From Armatimonadota bacterium (GTDB taxonomy: Bacteria; Armatimonadota; HRBIN16): DNA of 64,000 nucleotides. The position numbers and the translations under genes were made by a program. The stretch covers positions 64,001 through 128,000 of the forward strand of contig OY781964.1 of NCBI GenBank assembly GCA_963677485.1. Reading direction: 5' to 3'. Each line of letters begins with the position of its first letter. The stretch's first letter is position 1. Positions 10,486 through 20,870 of the stretch are shown piece after piece. The notes below the pieces were generated by a model. The model was not told the origin of the DNA and ran no database searches. It was given only the letters and a program-made list of their open reading frames with translations.

Positions 10486-11097
10486 CTAATCCGCTTTCCT
10501 CAGTTTCAATATCAAATTAGCCACAGACTGTGCCTCGGGGATATCGAAGAACCCGACCAACCCCATTGAGTTTTGCGACATGAACTCCATGCCCGTGTCT
10601 AAACCCATTTGGCTGCCTCTATTGCCAAACTGCGCGATAAAGATCAAACTACCGGTAGCAGGCCCCTCGGTACTCACATTGATTGTTGGCAACGCCGACA
10701 GGAAAAGCGAATTCACCCTGGGTTTCATTATCTCCACTAACGACAAAACCCTCTAGTTTGTGACCGCATAATAGGTTCTTTTCCGCATGTATTTCTTGGC
10801 GATGAATCGGCCGAACACCATGTATAACCCTACCAACACGAACGGTATACCGAATAGCGGGAATATCCAGATGAGCGGGGTTGCCTCGCGTGATGAGACT
10901 ATGCCAGTGAGGGCCGTCACCTCCCAGAACACGGCAAATCCACACCAAAACAGGCTGAAGGGAATCATAATCCAGTCTGCAGGTGATACCAGTTTTGTGG
11001 GGTCGGGCTGCCCCACCCATTGAATGCTCTCACCCTCTGCCAGGTATGGCGTCAGCTTCTCGCGGATGGTGTATAGGTCAGTGATGTCGTAGCTCAA
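10486..11097 (-). pseudogene. Membrane protein with bPH-like domain interrupted by in-frame TAG (10753-10755)
   Basis: ORFs 10753-11097 and 10486-10746 share a frame. The read ...YYAVTN*RVLSL... aligns with YAVTDRRVL and YIITNQRVM in the neighbouring paralogue; the FFDIP motif lies after the stop. Confidence 0.75.
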
Positions 11098-11200
11098 TTG
11101 TGACCCCCTGATATGGTTGAGTGTTTTCTTGCGTCATACAGATATTACACTCAACTGAAAGCGAAGATCACCTACAGGCCACATCACCCGTCATACGATC

Positions 11201-12379
11201 TCACGCAGAAGCTTGAATCCCACGTGTATGGTTAATAAACTCCACCACTGACGGGACATCGGGGATATCGAAAAATCCAGCAAGTCCGACCATTGGATTG
11301 CGAACGAGAAATGAAAACTCGTTATCATAGTTCAACCAGCTTGTGTAGCCATTGGGAGGCTCCTTGATAAACTCTACGGAACCTTTACCCCGCTTATTGA
11401 CCGTCACGCGCAGTTTGGGTAGCGCACTTATAAACTGCGATGCAATCCATGGCCGTTTCCCATCTAGAACCATCATCACACGTTGGTTGGTAATTATATA
11501 TTTGGTATGTTTTCGGACTACAAAACGCAACACATATCGGCCGACAATGCTGTATAAGCTTAATGCCGACCAGAGTAATGTAATCACCCCTGCCAGTGCA
11601 CCACCGCTAGCATTAATGACATATAAATAGTACATGAACACGATCGATATAAAACCCCATGCAACTTGAGCGAGATCAGTGAACGCAAACTGGTGATACG
11701 GTCTTGGTCGTCCTGTCCATATCACATGCTCATTTGGCAGCATGAATACTCCGAGCTCATCCTTAGATTGCTGTGGTGCTTCATCAATATCCTGAGTATC
11801 TCTCATGTGAAAACTGATCAACTGACCAATCAAAGGTGCATCGGCTATGTCAAAAAAACCCTCTGCTGGCCAGTATGCGCTATTCCTGAGATGCGAGGCG
11901 TCCATGGTCCTGTTACGAGGTTTAACACTATCGTCATGCCTGGGTGAGAATACTACACTACCGAATTTGTCATGATCGCATGTCACACTCACCATAGGCA
12001 GTGTTTTGTGACCATACGCTGTGAGGTGCTGTTGTCGATACGTGCTCAGCACCAGAACTCGCCGATCCGTCACAGCATACCACGTGTTCAACTTCCATTT
12101 TCGCCGTGACAACAAGGAGATTAGCCGATCTGCCCCGAAAATACCAAATAGGAATAGGGCACCAACCTCAGCGCGCGTATGCACTAATCCTAGAGCTCCT
12201 AGGACAAAGTAAACCGAACAAATCAGTATGATCAAACCAATAGGCACATAAAAATAGTCTTCATGGCAGAAAATCCGCTTTGGGTCGGGTTGTCCCACCC
12301 ACAGCACAATCTCGCCGTCCGTCAGGTGTGGAAGGAACCTTTCACCGATATCAGCATCTATTACAGCTTGTTGGCTCAT
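11201..12379 (-). CDS. Membrane protein with two tandem (2TM + bPH-like) modules
   Basis: Internal duplication: GE.VLW.GQP ... Y.VT.RRV ... G.V.F ... GFFDI, present twice. Confidence 0.75.
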   Translation of the reverse strand: MSQQAVIDADIGERFLPHLTDGEIVLWVGQPDPKRIFCHEDYFYVPIGLIILICSVYFVLGALGLVHTRAEVGALFLFGIFGADRLISLLSRRKWKLNTWYAVTDRRVLVLSTYRQQHLTAYGHKTLPMVSVTCDHDKFGSVVFSPRHDDSVKPRNRTMDASHLRNSAYWPAEGFFDIADAPLIGQLISFHMRDTQDIDEAPQQSKDELGVFMLPNEHVIWTGRPRPYHQFAFTDLAQVAWGFISIVFMYYLYVINASGGALAGVITLLWSALSLYSIVGRYVLRFVVRKHTKYIITNQRVMMVLDGKRPWIASQFISALPKLRVTVNKRGKGSVEFIKEPPNGYTSWLNYDNEFSFLVRNPMVGLAGFFDIPDVPSVVEFINHTRGIQASA

Positions 12380-12404
12380 GGTAATAACTTGTCACTTGCT
12401 CCAT

Positions 12405-12428
12405 ATAACTAGATAACTAGATAACTAG
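12405..12428. repeat. Tandem octamer (ATAACTAG)x3 in divergent promoter region
   Basis: Seen directly in sequence. Confidence 0.8.
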
Positions 12429-12600
12429 ATGCATCATTCATTATATGGATAATACCTGAAAATCGAAGTTTCCACTTAAGCATTCACACTTTCGCGTGAC
12501 ACATTCCCATCCGGGAAGGGTTCAAACGAACATTGTATCAACGTATAATAAATACACAACCCATCCACGAATCGGGTGAGACCATCTGGAGGAAACTATA

Positions 12601-15600
12601 ATGCCTGGATATTACCGTTACCCAACTATAAATGCCGACAAGATCGCCTTCGTGTGTGAAGACGACCTTTGGATCGTGGCCGCTGGTGGAGGGGTCGCCC
12701 GGCGCTTGACCGCCGGAGTAGCGATGGCCACGCACCCCTGCTTCTCGCCAGATGGCAAGTGGATCGCCTTCGCAGGGCGTGAAGAGGGCCCCATCGAGGT
12801 ATATCTCATCCCGTCCGAAGGTGGGCCATCACGCCGCCTGACCTATCTGGCCGCCAGCTCGGTGCCGGTGGCATGGAGTTCCGATGGTCAATCCATCATT
12901 TTTGCCAGCAATACGGCTCAGCCCACGCCTCGCGTGATGAACCTGTGGAGCGTATCCGTTGAGGGTTCTCAGCCCACGCATCTGCCCTACGGCAAGGCGA
13001 GTTCCATCGCAATCGGACCCAAAGGGGAAGTATTGCTTGGCCGCAACACCGCTGATCCCGCACGATGGAAGCGCTACCGCGGCGGCACGGCTGGCCAGCT
13101 TTGGATAGACACTAAGGGTGATGGCGAGTTCCAGAGGTTGAACCACCTCAACACAAACTACGCCTCCCCCATGTGGATGGGCGACCGCATCGCATTTATA
13201 TCTGACCACGAAGGCATCGGCAACATCTACAGCGCACAGCCCGACGGCAGCGACTTGCAGAGAGTCACCAACCAGTCTGAGTTCTACGTGCGTCAGGCCA
13301 GCACTGATGGCAAGCGCATGGTGTTCCAGTGCGGAGGCGACATCTACCTACAGGAAACAGGCAAGCTTGAGAAGAAGGTGGCCGTTCGGTTCAATGGGCC
13401 TCAGACGCAAGCATCCACCAAATACCCACACGCATCAGATCACCTGCACCAGCTCAGCATTCATCCTAAAGGTCACAGCCTGGCGGCGGTCACCCGTGGC
13501 AAGCTTTATGCTTTCGCCAACTGGGAAGGCGCAGTGAAGGGCATCAGCACCGTAGACGGGCAGCGTGTGCGCATGGCCTGCTGGATGCAAGAGGGCAAAC
13601 GTCTGGCATACACCCTGGACGATGGCGAAGAGAATCTGGTGATCAAGGATGTGGACAACAGCTCCGATCCTGTGGTGATCGACACCAGTGCATGGAGCGT
13701 CATCACCTCCATCAGTGCCTCACCCACCGAGCCAAAGCTCGCCATCACCGACGTCGCGGGACACCTGGTGCTGGTTGATGTGACCGAGGATAGCTGCACG
13801 CTGCTTGACCATAGTATATACGGCCGTATCTCCGGTGTGTGTTTCTCACCAGATGGGGCATGGATCGCATACGACTACCAGACCGGCCCAGGCACGCGCG
13901 TTATCAAACTCGCGAATGTGGCAACAGGCGAATGCTCCCCCATCACACGCAGCGAGTTCAACGACTTCAGCCCCTCATGGGATCCTGAAGGCAAGTACCT
14001 CGCGTTTGTCTCCTACCGCGACTACAACCCGGTCTATGACAGCATCTTCTTTGATCTGAACTTCACATATGCAGGCCGGTTGTATCTAGTCACACTGAAG
14101 TCCGATACCCAAAACCCCTTCGTTCCTCAACCGCCGAAGGATGAAAGCGAGAAGGAAAAGAAAGAAGAAGGGAATCCCGCAGAAGCAACGGCAGATGAGC
14201 CAAAAACAGACGAGAAACCGGCCGATGAAAAGAAGAAGCCCACGCCTATAGAGATCGAACTGGAGGGCATCCAAAGCCGCGTGCTCGCCTTCCCAGTGCC
14301 CGAGGCACGCTACCACGGCTGCATCGCTATCAAAGGCAAGCTGCTGGGCATAGAGGCCCCTCCGCGAGGCGCACTCAGCACCGATCCGGCCAAGATGGTG
14401 GTGAGTGTTTTCAGTTTCGAGAACATGAAACACGAGGTGCTGATACGCAACATCGAACGCCTGTTCGCGAGTGAAAACAACGAATGGATGGGCATCATTC
14501 AGGACCACAGGCTGCGTATACTAAAATCCGGTAATAAGCCTGATGATAACGCGCCTCAGACAGCCTGCAAGCAAAGCGGGCTGATAGAGCTGGACCGTAT
14601 CGCGCTTAGCGTGTCGCCCAGATCAGAATGGAAGCAAATATACCGCGAAGCGTGGCGCATGCAAAGGGAGCGGTTCTGGACGAACAACATGTCTGGCGTA
14701 GACTGGGTTAAAATATACCACCGTTACCTTCCGCTTCTTGACCGCATCGCGACCCGTGCGGAGTTAAGCGACCTGATGTGGGAGATGCAGGGCGAACTAG
14801 GCACCTCACACGCTTACGAGTATGGCGGAGATTACCGCACATCACCCTACCAGCGGGTGGGTTGTCTTGGTGCCGACTTTACATGGTACGAAGATCAACA
14901 AGGCTACCGATTGCAGCACATCCTTCAAGGTGATAGCTGGCAGGCTGCTCTCAGGTCACCGCTTGCCACCCCCGGTATCAGCTTGTCCGAAGGCGATATT
15001 CTTCTGTCCGTCAATGGCCAGCCATTGAGCAAAATCATGACGCCACAAAATGCGCTGCTCAACCTGGCCGATACCGAGGTAGAACTTAACTGGAAGCGAG
15101 CATCTGACGGCAGCAGCTACCGCGTGACGGTCACCACCGCATCAAACGACACAACTATGCGTTATCGTGAGTGGGTTGCCACGAACCGCAGCAAGGTTCA
15201 TGTGGCCACCGATGCTCAGGTAGGCTATCTGCATATCCCAGACATGATGGGGCGAGGGTTCAGCGAATTCCACCGTGGCTATCTGACCGAGTTGGACAAG
15301 CCAAGTCTGATCGTGGACCTGCGCTTCAATGGAGGCGGACACGTCAGCCCGCTGCTGCTGGAGAAATTGCTCCGCAAGCCCATTGGCTGGGATGTGCCCC
15401 GATATGGCCAGCCCGAAACCTACCCATACCAGAGCTACCGCGGCCCCATCGTGGCCATCACTAATGAAGAGGCGGGCTCCGACGGCGATATCTTCAGCCA
15501 CAGCTTCAAGCTGCTCAAGATCGGAACGCTGATCGGTGAGCGAACATGGGGCGGGGTGATAGGTATCATGGGCGATCATCCGTTGGTAGATGGCACTACC

Positions 15601-15831
15601 ACCACTCAGCCGGAATACGCCTTCCACTTTAATGACGTGGGCTGGTCGGTGGAGAACTACGGCACAGACCCAGACATCGAGGTGATCTATCGCCCGCAAG
15701 ATTATGCGGCAGGGGTCGACCCGCAGTTGGATAAGGCGATCGAGGTGATTCTGCAACAGATCACGGAGAACCCGCCAGCCAAACCGGAGCTCAACCCGAA
15801 GCCAAACCTTGAGTTGCCTCGGTTGGGGTAG
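12601..15831 (+). CDS. Tricorn protease homologue (S41B; beta-propellers, PDZ)
   Basis: WKRYRGGTAG, GELGTSH, DLRFNGGG, AGSDGD (catalytic Ser), RTWGG, ENYGTDPDI. Confidence 0.95.
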   Translation: MPGYYRYPTINADKIAFVCEDDLWIVAAGGGVARRLTAGVAMATHPCFSPDGKWIAFAGREEGPIEVYLIPSEGGPSRRLTYLAASSVPVAWSSDGQSIIFASNTAQPTPRVMNLWSVSVEGSQPTHLPYGKASSIAIGPKGEVLLGRNTADPARWKRYRGGTAGQLWIDTKGDGEFQRLNHLNTNYASPMWMGDRIAFISDHEGIGNIYSAQPDGSDLQRVTNQSEFYVRQASTDGKRMVFQCGGDIYLQETGKLEKKVAVRFNGPQTQASTKYPHASDHLHQLSIHPKGHSLAAVTRGKLYAFANWEGAVKGISTVDGQRVRMACWMQEGKRLAYTLDDGEENLVIKDVDNSSDPVVIDTSAWSVITSISASPTEPKLAITDVAGHLVLVDVTEDSCTLLDHSIYGRISGVCFSPDGAWIAYDYQTGPGTRVIKLANVATGECSPITRSEFNDFSPSWDPEGKYLAFVSYRDYNPVYDSIFFDLNFTYAGRLYLVTLKSDTQNPFVPQPPKDESEKEKKEEGNPAEATADEPKTDEKPADEKKKPTPIEIELEGIQSRVLAFPVPEARYHGCIAIKGKLLGIEAPPRGALSTDPAKMVVSVFSFENMKHEVLIRNIERLFASENNEWMGIIQDHRLRILKSGNKPDDNAPQTACKQSGLIELDRIALSVSPRSEWKQIYREAWRMQRERFWTNNMSGVDWVKIYHRYLPLLDRIATRAELSDLMWEMQGELGTSHAYEYGGDYRTSPYQRVGCLGADFTWYEDQQGYRLQHILQGDSWQAALRSPLATPGISLSEGDILLSVNGQPLSKIMTPQNALLNLADTEVELNWKRASDGSSYRVTVTTASNDTTMRYREWVATNRSKVHVATDAQVGYLHIPDMMGRGFSEFHRGYLTELDKPSLIVDLRFNGGGHVSPLLLEKLLRKPIGWDVPRYGQPETYPYQSYRGPIVAITNEEAGSDGDIFSHSFKLLKIGTLIGERTWGGVIGIMGDHPLVDGTTTTQPEYAFHFNDVGWSVENYGTDPDIEVIYRPQDYAAGVDPQLDKAIEVILQQITENPPAKPELNPKPNLELPRLG

Positions 15832-15843
15832 CTAACCAACCAG

Positions 15844-15874
15844 AATCGGACGGATCCGACGGATCCGTCCGATT
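15844..15874. terminator. Hairpin between convergent genes
   Basis: Perfect 14-bp inverted repeat AATCGGACGGATCC/GGATCCGTCCGATT. Confidence 0.65.
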
Positions 15875-15888
15875 TCCATGAATCCTGT

Positions 15889-17043
15889 TTACTTGTGGCT
15901 TAATAACTCCAGAATCGACTGCCCGGCAGGCTCGGTCGCGCGGATGGCGCACTGTCGTTCCAGAACTACAGCGGCACCATCGGCTGCTATCTGCGCCTGT
16001 AACTGCTGGGCACTTTCGTCATCGGCGGGGGCAAACCGCATCGCCGCGGCGATGGTGCGGTAGAACGCCACAGGGTGCTTTCCCTCACGCTCCAGCAGGC
16101 GCATAGCGCCCACAAGACGGTCATTAGGTCTTAGTTTACGCAGCGGGTCACGCCCCACACGCGCCACGGAGTCGCCCAACTGCTTGTTGCAGAATCTGCT
16201 TAGCAGGTCATCCAGGTAAGCCTGCTGGTCTTCGGGAGTAAAGCCATGATGGGCCACTAGCACCCGGCCGACCATATCCATGGCATCCCGAACGATGGAG
16301 TTGATCTCTCGATCCTGAACGCACTGCCAGATGAACTCATACCCTTTGGGATACCCCAGGTAGGCGAACATCGCGTGCGAGGCGTTGTGGATATACAGCT
16401 TGCGCTCCTCGTGGCCCTGAAACGCCGTTGACGGCTCCACGCCGACTATCACCGGCAGCTCGCCCTTGATGCGGCTGGCCTTGACCGGCAGTCGCTTATA
16501 AGCTTCCACACGCACCAGCAGCGCGTCTTCGGCACGCTGTTCATCAGTCATCACCGGCACCATCCGGCTCACCACACACAACACAAAGCCCACCATGTCA
16601 AGGGAGTATTGCTGTGCCTCGATACTCAGGTGCTTCATCACCTCGGATCGCAGCACATCGTCTGCGTCCATCTGGTTTTCCAACACGAGTATATTCAGGG
16701 GTTGTTGGAGACGATTCTGAAAGCGCCGCTCAATTCCGGCGGCTAGTGCCGGTGCGATACGGGGTAGGATCATCACACCAACCGAAGTACCGCACACATC
16801 AGCACCGGCGATGGCGGTGGCGATGGCATCCACATCGTGTGCCATGATGGCACTCACTCCGGTCACATTCACACGCTCAGGGTTATCTCCCACAATGTCT
16901 ATCGGATACCCACCGCGAAGGTTCAATGCATCAACCACACCCGGGATGGCATCAACAAAACAGATCTCAAAACCACTTTCATATAGTAACTGACCGATAA
17001 AGCCCCTGCCGATATTCCCAGCACCGAATTGAACCGCACGCAT
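15889..17043 (-). CDS. mtlD: Mannitol-1-phosphate 5-dehydrogenase family
   Basis: AVQFGAGNIGRGFIG, ERKLYIHNASHA, RVGRDPLRKL..NDRLV. Confidence 0.85.
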   Translation of the reverse strand: MRAVQFGAGNIGRGFIGQLLYESGFEICFVDAIPGVVDALNLRGGYPIDIVGDNPERVNVTGVSAIMAHDVDAIATAIAGADVCGTSVGVMILPRIAPALAAGIERRFQNRLQQPLNILVLENQMDADDVLRSEVMKHLSIEAQQYSLDMVGFVLCVVSRMVPVMTDEQRAEDALLVRVEAYKRLPVKASRIKGELPVIVGVEPSTAFQGHEERKLYIHNASHAMFAYLGYPKGYEFIWQCVQDREINSIVRDAMDMVGRVLVAHHGFTPEDQQAYLDDLLSRFCNKQLGDSVARVGRDPLRKLRPNDRLVGAMRLLEREGKHPVAFYRTIAAAMRFAPADDESAQQLQAQIAADGAAVVLERQCAIRATEPAGQSILELLSHK

Positions 17044-17121
17044 ACACTGCCACCTCCGCGAAAAGTGGGCCGCATCATCTGCGGCCCTGTTGTTTCATCC
17101 AATTGTATTGTAACGCGTTGT

Positions 17122-18180
17122 TTACCTGGAGGTAGGCACCTGCTGCAACACGGCTCGGAACCCTCCTCGGTTGGTGTCACCCGTAATATCTATCTTAACG
17201 ACACGTCGGCGAAACGCTGAGAAGGTAACGACCCATCGTCCGTTCTTGATTGGGATGTTGTTGACAAGATACGGGTCTAGCTCCCACATGTTTCCTTTGC
17301 GCAGGCGGACGATACCCCATATAGTCCATCGGTCACCTGTGCTCAGGTTGTTGATCATGATCGACACTCGATCGGTTGTTCTCGCATCCAGGTAATACTC
17401 GTCAATCTGACTGAAGTAGTTCGTCTCGGGGGCTTCGAACCGGCCGTTGCATGCGCCTGTCCAATAGTTGGAAGGTGTGACTACCGTGCCGCCACTCACT
17501 GGTTTGTCGGGAGGGTTTGGTAGTTCAGTGCTGCCATCGCGGTTGTCCTGCCACTTGCCGTTAAGCCAGTATCCGCCTTCTCCAGGTCCCACAGGCATTT
17601 TGACACGATAGAAGTCGTTGCCTACTCTTCCGGTAAAGCCGATAAAACTGGCGGTGAGACCAACAACAACCATCGAGCCCTTGCCATCGACCACCGAGTT
17701 GATATCACCACTGGTGATGGTGATGACTGGCTTCTCTTGAGTTCCTGTCCAACGCCCGTTGAAATTCCTCGAGATGTCGCCCTTGACGGAAATGGTGCAT
17801 AAGCCACCTGCCATCAACCTACCGGATATGCTTCTTAATCGGTAAGTGTTATTACCGATGATAAGATATCCCTCGGAATTCATATGGAAGCTACGGTCCT
17901 GTAGCGGCCGTTTATCATCATTGGAGCTCAGTGCATCTGAGGTTGACTTCTTCAACTTGGACTTTTTCGAGAAATCCGTAAATGGCTTCAACGTCGTGGT
18001 CACACCGGGCGTGGTCACATCGGGAGTGGTGCTCTTAGAATCATCCACCTTCGCCGAACTGCTTGTAGTGCCACTCTCTGTCGACGCAAACGGGTTATCT
18101 TCGGCATAAACACCGCATGTCATCGATAAGGCCAGGGCGGTCACAGCCGCCCCTGCTATTAGGATACGCCATCTATTCAC
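17122..18180 (-). CDS. Secreted hypothetical protein with two beta-rich domains
   Basis: Signal peptide, S/T-rich linker, domains resembling those in 18184-19383. Confidence 0.7.
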   Translation of the reverse strand: MNRWRILIAGAAVTALALSMTCGVYAEDNPFASTESGTTSSSAKVDDSKSTTPDVTTPGVTTTLKPFTDFSKKSKLKKSTSDALSSNDDKRPLQDRSFHMNSEGYLIIGNNTYRLRSISGRLMAGGLCTISVKGDISRNFNGRWTGTQEKPVITITSGDINSVVDGKGSMVVVGLTASFIGFTGRVGNDFYRVKMPVGPGEGGYWLNGKWQDNRDGSTELPNPPDKPVSGGTVVTPSNYWTGACNGRFEAPETNYFSQIDEYYLDARTTDRVSIMINNLSTGDRWTIWGIVRLRKGNMWELDPYLVNNIPIKNGRWVVTFSAFRRRVVKIDITGDTNRGGFRAVLQQVPTSR

Positions 18181-18183
18181 AGA

Positions 18184-19383
18184 TTAGTCACCTCGATAAC
18201 TGACAGTTACAGGACGCTGATCGATACGTCCACGAATCTCCAGGAAGTCGACACGGCGCGCTCTGTCATAACGGACCGATACAGCACCTGAGGTTCGGCC
18301 GTTCATGCTACTGACACGAGTCAAGTCACCTGAAACACGACCTGAAGACTGACTGCTGACATCGACATCGAACTGTACCATTCGCTTTGCAGAACGACCG
18401 TATACCCGGATATTCAGACGGTCACCATTCTCTACGAGAACGATCCTCTCGATCCGCTCATCTATGCCATCAGTGTTCATAATGCCGCTGCCGCGGCTAG
18501 TATCGTCAGAAAGACCATCTTGGCTGTCTATGCGATAGTTCGGACGATCTGGCCGTTGACCGGCTGCGTCACGGTCTTCCCAGCGGTCCAGGCCTCTGGC
18601 AGGCATATTGATCTCCACAACGCCGTCACGATTTGAGGCTGTCACCTCAATATTCCGTAGTTTGTTGCCGGTAACCACATAGCTGGCGGTGCCTGTCATT
18701 TTACCTAGTCGTTTGCTGCTGACGATGCGAATATCACCCTGGTTGCGATCGCGGACATCCCAACTGCCTTTGAGTGTGTCGACAAAGCCGCCTTTGGTAT
18801 CCAATGTCACGTCGCCGTTTTTGCGTAGCTTGAGGGTGACAGATTCCAGCCGTAGACGGCGGTCATCTATGGTCATGGTGCCCGATGCAACTAGCTTAAA
18901 TTCACGGTCAGCAGGTCTGCCCCAACCCGGATCACTTGGCCTATCAGGCCGTCGATCCGATTCTGGGATGATCACGGACACTCGCCATGCGTCCCGACGG
19001 TCGCGGCTAGTCAATGTGATTCTCCGCGGTTGATCATCAGTGAAAATGACCGTGCCTGATCCATCTGTATCGTTACCGAAGCCATCATCGATGGTGACGG
19101 TGGCAGTTCGGCTGTCTTTGTCCCGCCATCGTCCAGCTAACTGCTCACGGCCGCGGTCAGTGCGAACCATCAGAGTGAAATTGCCGCCTCTGTTCAACTC
19201 CACATCAGCATAAACAATTGGCTCGCTGCGTTCGTTGCCAGGCCTCACAAGCATACCCTCTGCGCGGCCGTCATAGCTGCTGTCTGAGTGCGATGACCAA
19301 CTTATGGTCGAAAAAGCTGCCGCTGCTATAGCTGCTAAAGCCATGGATTTTGTGATGACATTCATCATTGCACGTCCTTTCAT
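18184..19383 (-). CDS. Secreted hypothetical protein with three ~100-aa beta-rich repeats
   Basis: Signal peptide; repeated G..T L...G.W...I....G.G pattern separated by RPDRP linkers. Confidence 0.7.
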   Translation of the reverse strand: MKGRAMMNVITKSMALAAIAAAAFSTISWSSHSDSSYDGRAEGMLVRPGNERSEPIVYADVELNRGGNFTLMVRTDRGREQLAGRWRDKDSRTATVTIDDGFGNDTDGSGTVIFTDDQPRRITLTSRDRRDAWRVSVIIPESDRRPDRPSDPGWGRPADREFKLVASGTMTIDDRRLRLESVTLKLRKNGDVTLDTKGGFVDTLKGSWDVRDRNQGDIRIVSSKRLGKMTGTASYVVTGNKLRNIEVTASNRDGVVEINMPARGLDRWEDRDAAGQRPDRPNYRIDSQDGLSDDTSRGSGIMNTDGIDERIERIVLVENGDRLNIRVYGRSAKRMVQFDVDVSSQSSGRVSGDLTRVSSMNGRTSGAVSVRYDRARRVDFLEIRGRIDQRPVTVSYRGD

Positions 19384-19490
19384 GAAACTGTTCTACCAGT
19401 ATGACGGTAACGCCTGCCTGCTGGTTGCAGAATGAGTTACCCCCGGGCGATTAGGCACCGGGGGTAGATAGATGGCCGATCACGGTATAC

Positions 19491-20743
19491 CTACCGTCGG
19501 CTTGGTCGGTCACTACGAGGGTTGTCGTCTCTGGTTTTCTTATCTTTGTCTGTCGCAGCATCGTCCTTCTTCTTGGAGTCGTCGCGGCTTGGACGAGCTT
19601 CCGGAGGACGCTGGGTATCAGGACGCTGCGGCTTTACGTCTGAAGAGTTACGGCCTTGCTGACTGCCAGGACGCAGTTCACGCGGTTCCTTACGGTCAAG
19701 GCTATTACGGTCTGACGAAGGCCTGCTGTCGCTCGGTCGGTCAGGACGTACCGCTGGAGGGTTGTTACCATCGGGACGGCCGGGGCGAACGTCTGGAGGA
19801 CGGTTGCCATCAGGACGGCCGGGGCGAACATCCGGAGGGTTGTTACCATCAGGACGGCCGGGGCGTACGTCTGGAGGGCGGTTGCCATCAGGGCGACCGG
19901 GGCGTACGTCTGGAGGGCGGTCGCCTTCAGGACGGCCGGGGCGAACGTCTGGTGGGCGGTTGCCATCAGGACGGCCGGGGCGAACGTCTGGAGGGCGGTT
20001 GCCATCAGGACGGCCGGGGCGTACGTCTGGAGGGCGGTTGCCTTCAGGACGGCCGGGGCGAACTTCTGGAGGGCGGTTGCCATCGGGACGGCCAGGGCGG
20101 TTGTCTGACGGACGGTAACCATCAGGTCGGTATTGTGGGTGTTCGCGGCGATAATCGCGCTGACCGGATCGGAAGTCAGGACGTCGGCGTAGTTCCAGCG
20201 GATAATCCCGGAACACTGGAATGCTTCGTCGGGTTCTATCGATTCGATATCGCTCATATCGTCCGTAGTCAGGATGATTCCTGCCGATTCGGCCAAGGAT
20301 GATGTCGATATCGATATCCCATCGTATACGGTCACGAGTGTCATGGAAATCGATAAGCACACGCCACTGGTCATCGGGGTCGTCACCCCTCAAGCTGATC
20401 TTCTGCAGCCGGTCGCCCGAAAATACGGCAATACCAGTTCCGCGGTCGCCGGAGTAGATGCCTTCAGTGATGACAATCTGTGCAGTGGTTCTAGTGAGCT
20501 CATCCCACCAGCCGGTCAATACGTCAGGCCTCTGTCTGAATAGACAGTCAGAGTAAACGTGCCATCGTAGTCGAACTCCGCGTCAGCAGATGATATCTCT
20601 TCCGGGCGTTCATAGGACGATACAGTCAACGTGCCATCAACATATTCATCAGTCGAATACTTGGTTGGCACAGCCCAAACGGCATTCGTTGCCGCCATGA
20701 CTAAGAGGGCTGAGCAGAACATGACCAACTTTGAGGTATTCAT
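19491..20743 (-). pseudogene. Secreted beta-rich domain protein with Pro/Arg repeat tail, split by a 1-nt frameshift at ~20518
   Basis: ...FTLTVYSDRGLTY / LTGWWDELTRTTAQIVI... aligns continuously with paralogue FTLMVRTDRGREQLAGRWRDKDSRTATVTI. The junction ACG TAT TG ACC lacks one base. Confidence 0.7.
19749..20099 (-). repeat. Coding tandem repeat, 9 x 39 nt (RPGRPDGNRPPDV)
   Basis: Nine RPGRP units counted; variation mostly synonymous or conservative in this frame. Confidence 0.9.
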
Positions 20744-20870
20744 CTTCTTGAGTCCTTTCTGTGAAAGACTTAACACTAATATGACGAAGGATATGCCGTT
20801 GATGTTACATCAAAATCAGCCTTGCGATTCTGACAGCAAAGTGGATGGTCAGACCGTATCTAGACTTCAC

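Noticed and set aside
19749-20099. CRISPR array
   Set aside because: The units are contiguous 39-nt coding repeats with no unique spacers, and no cas genes are present.
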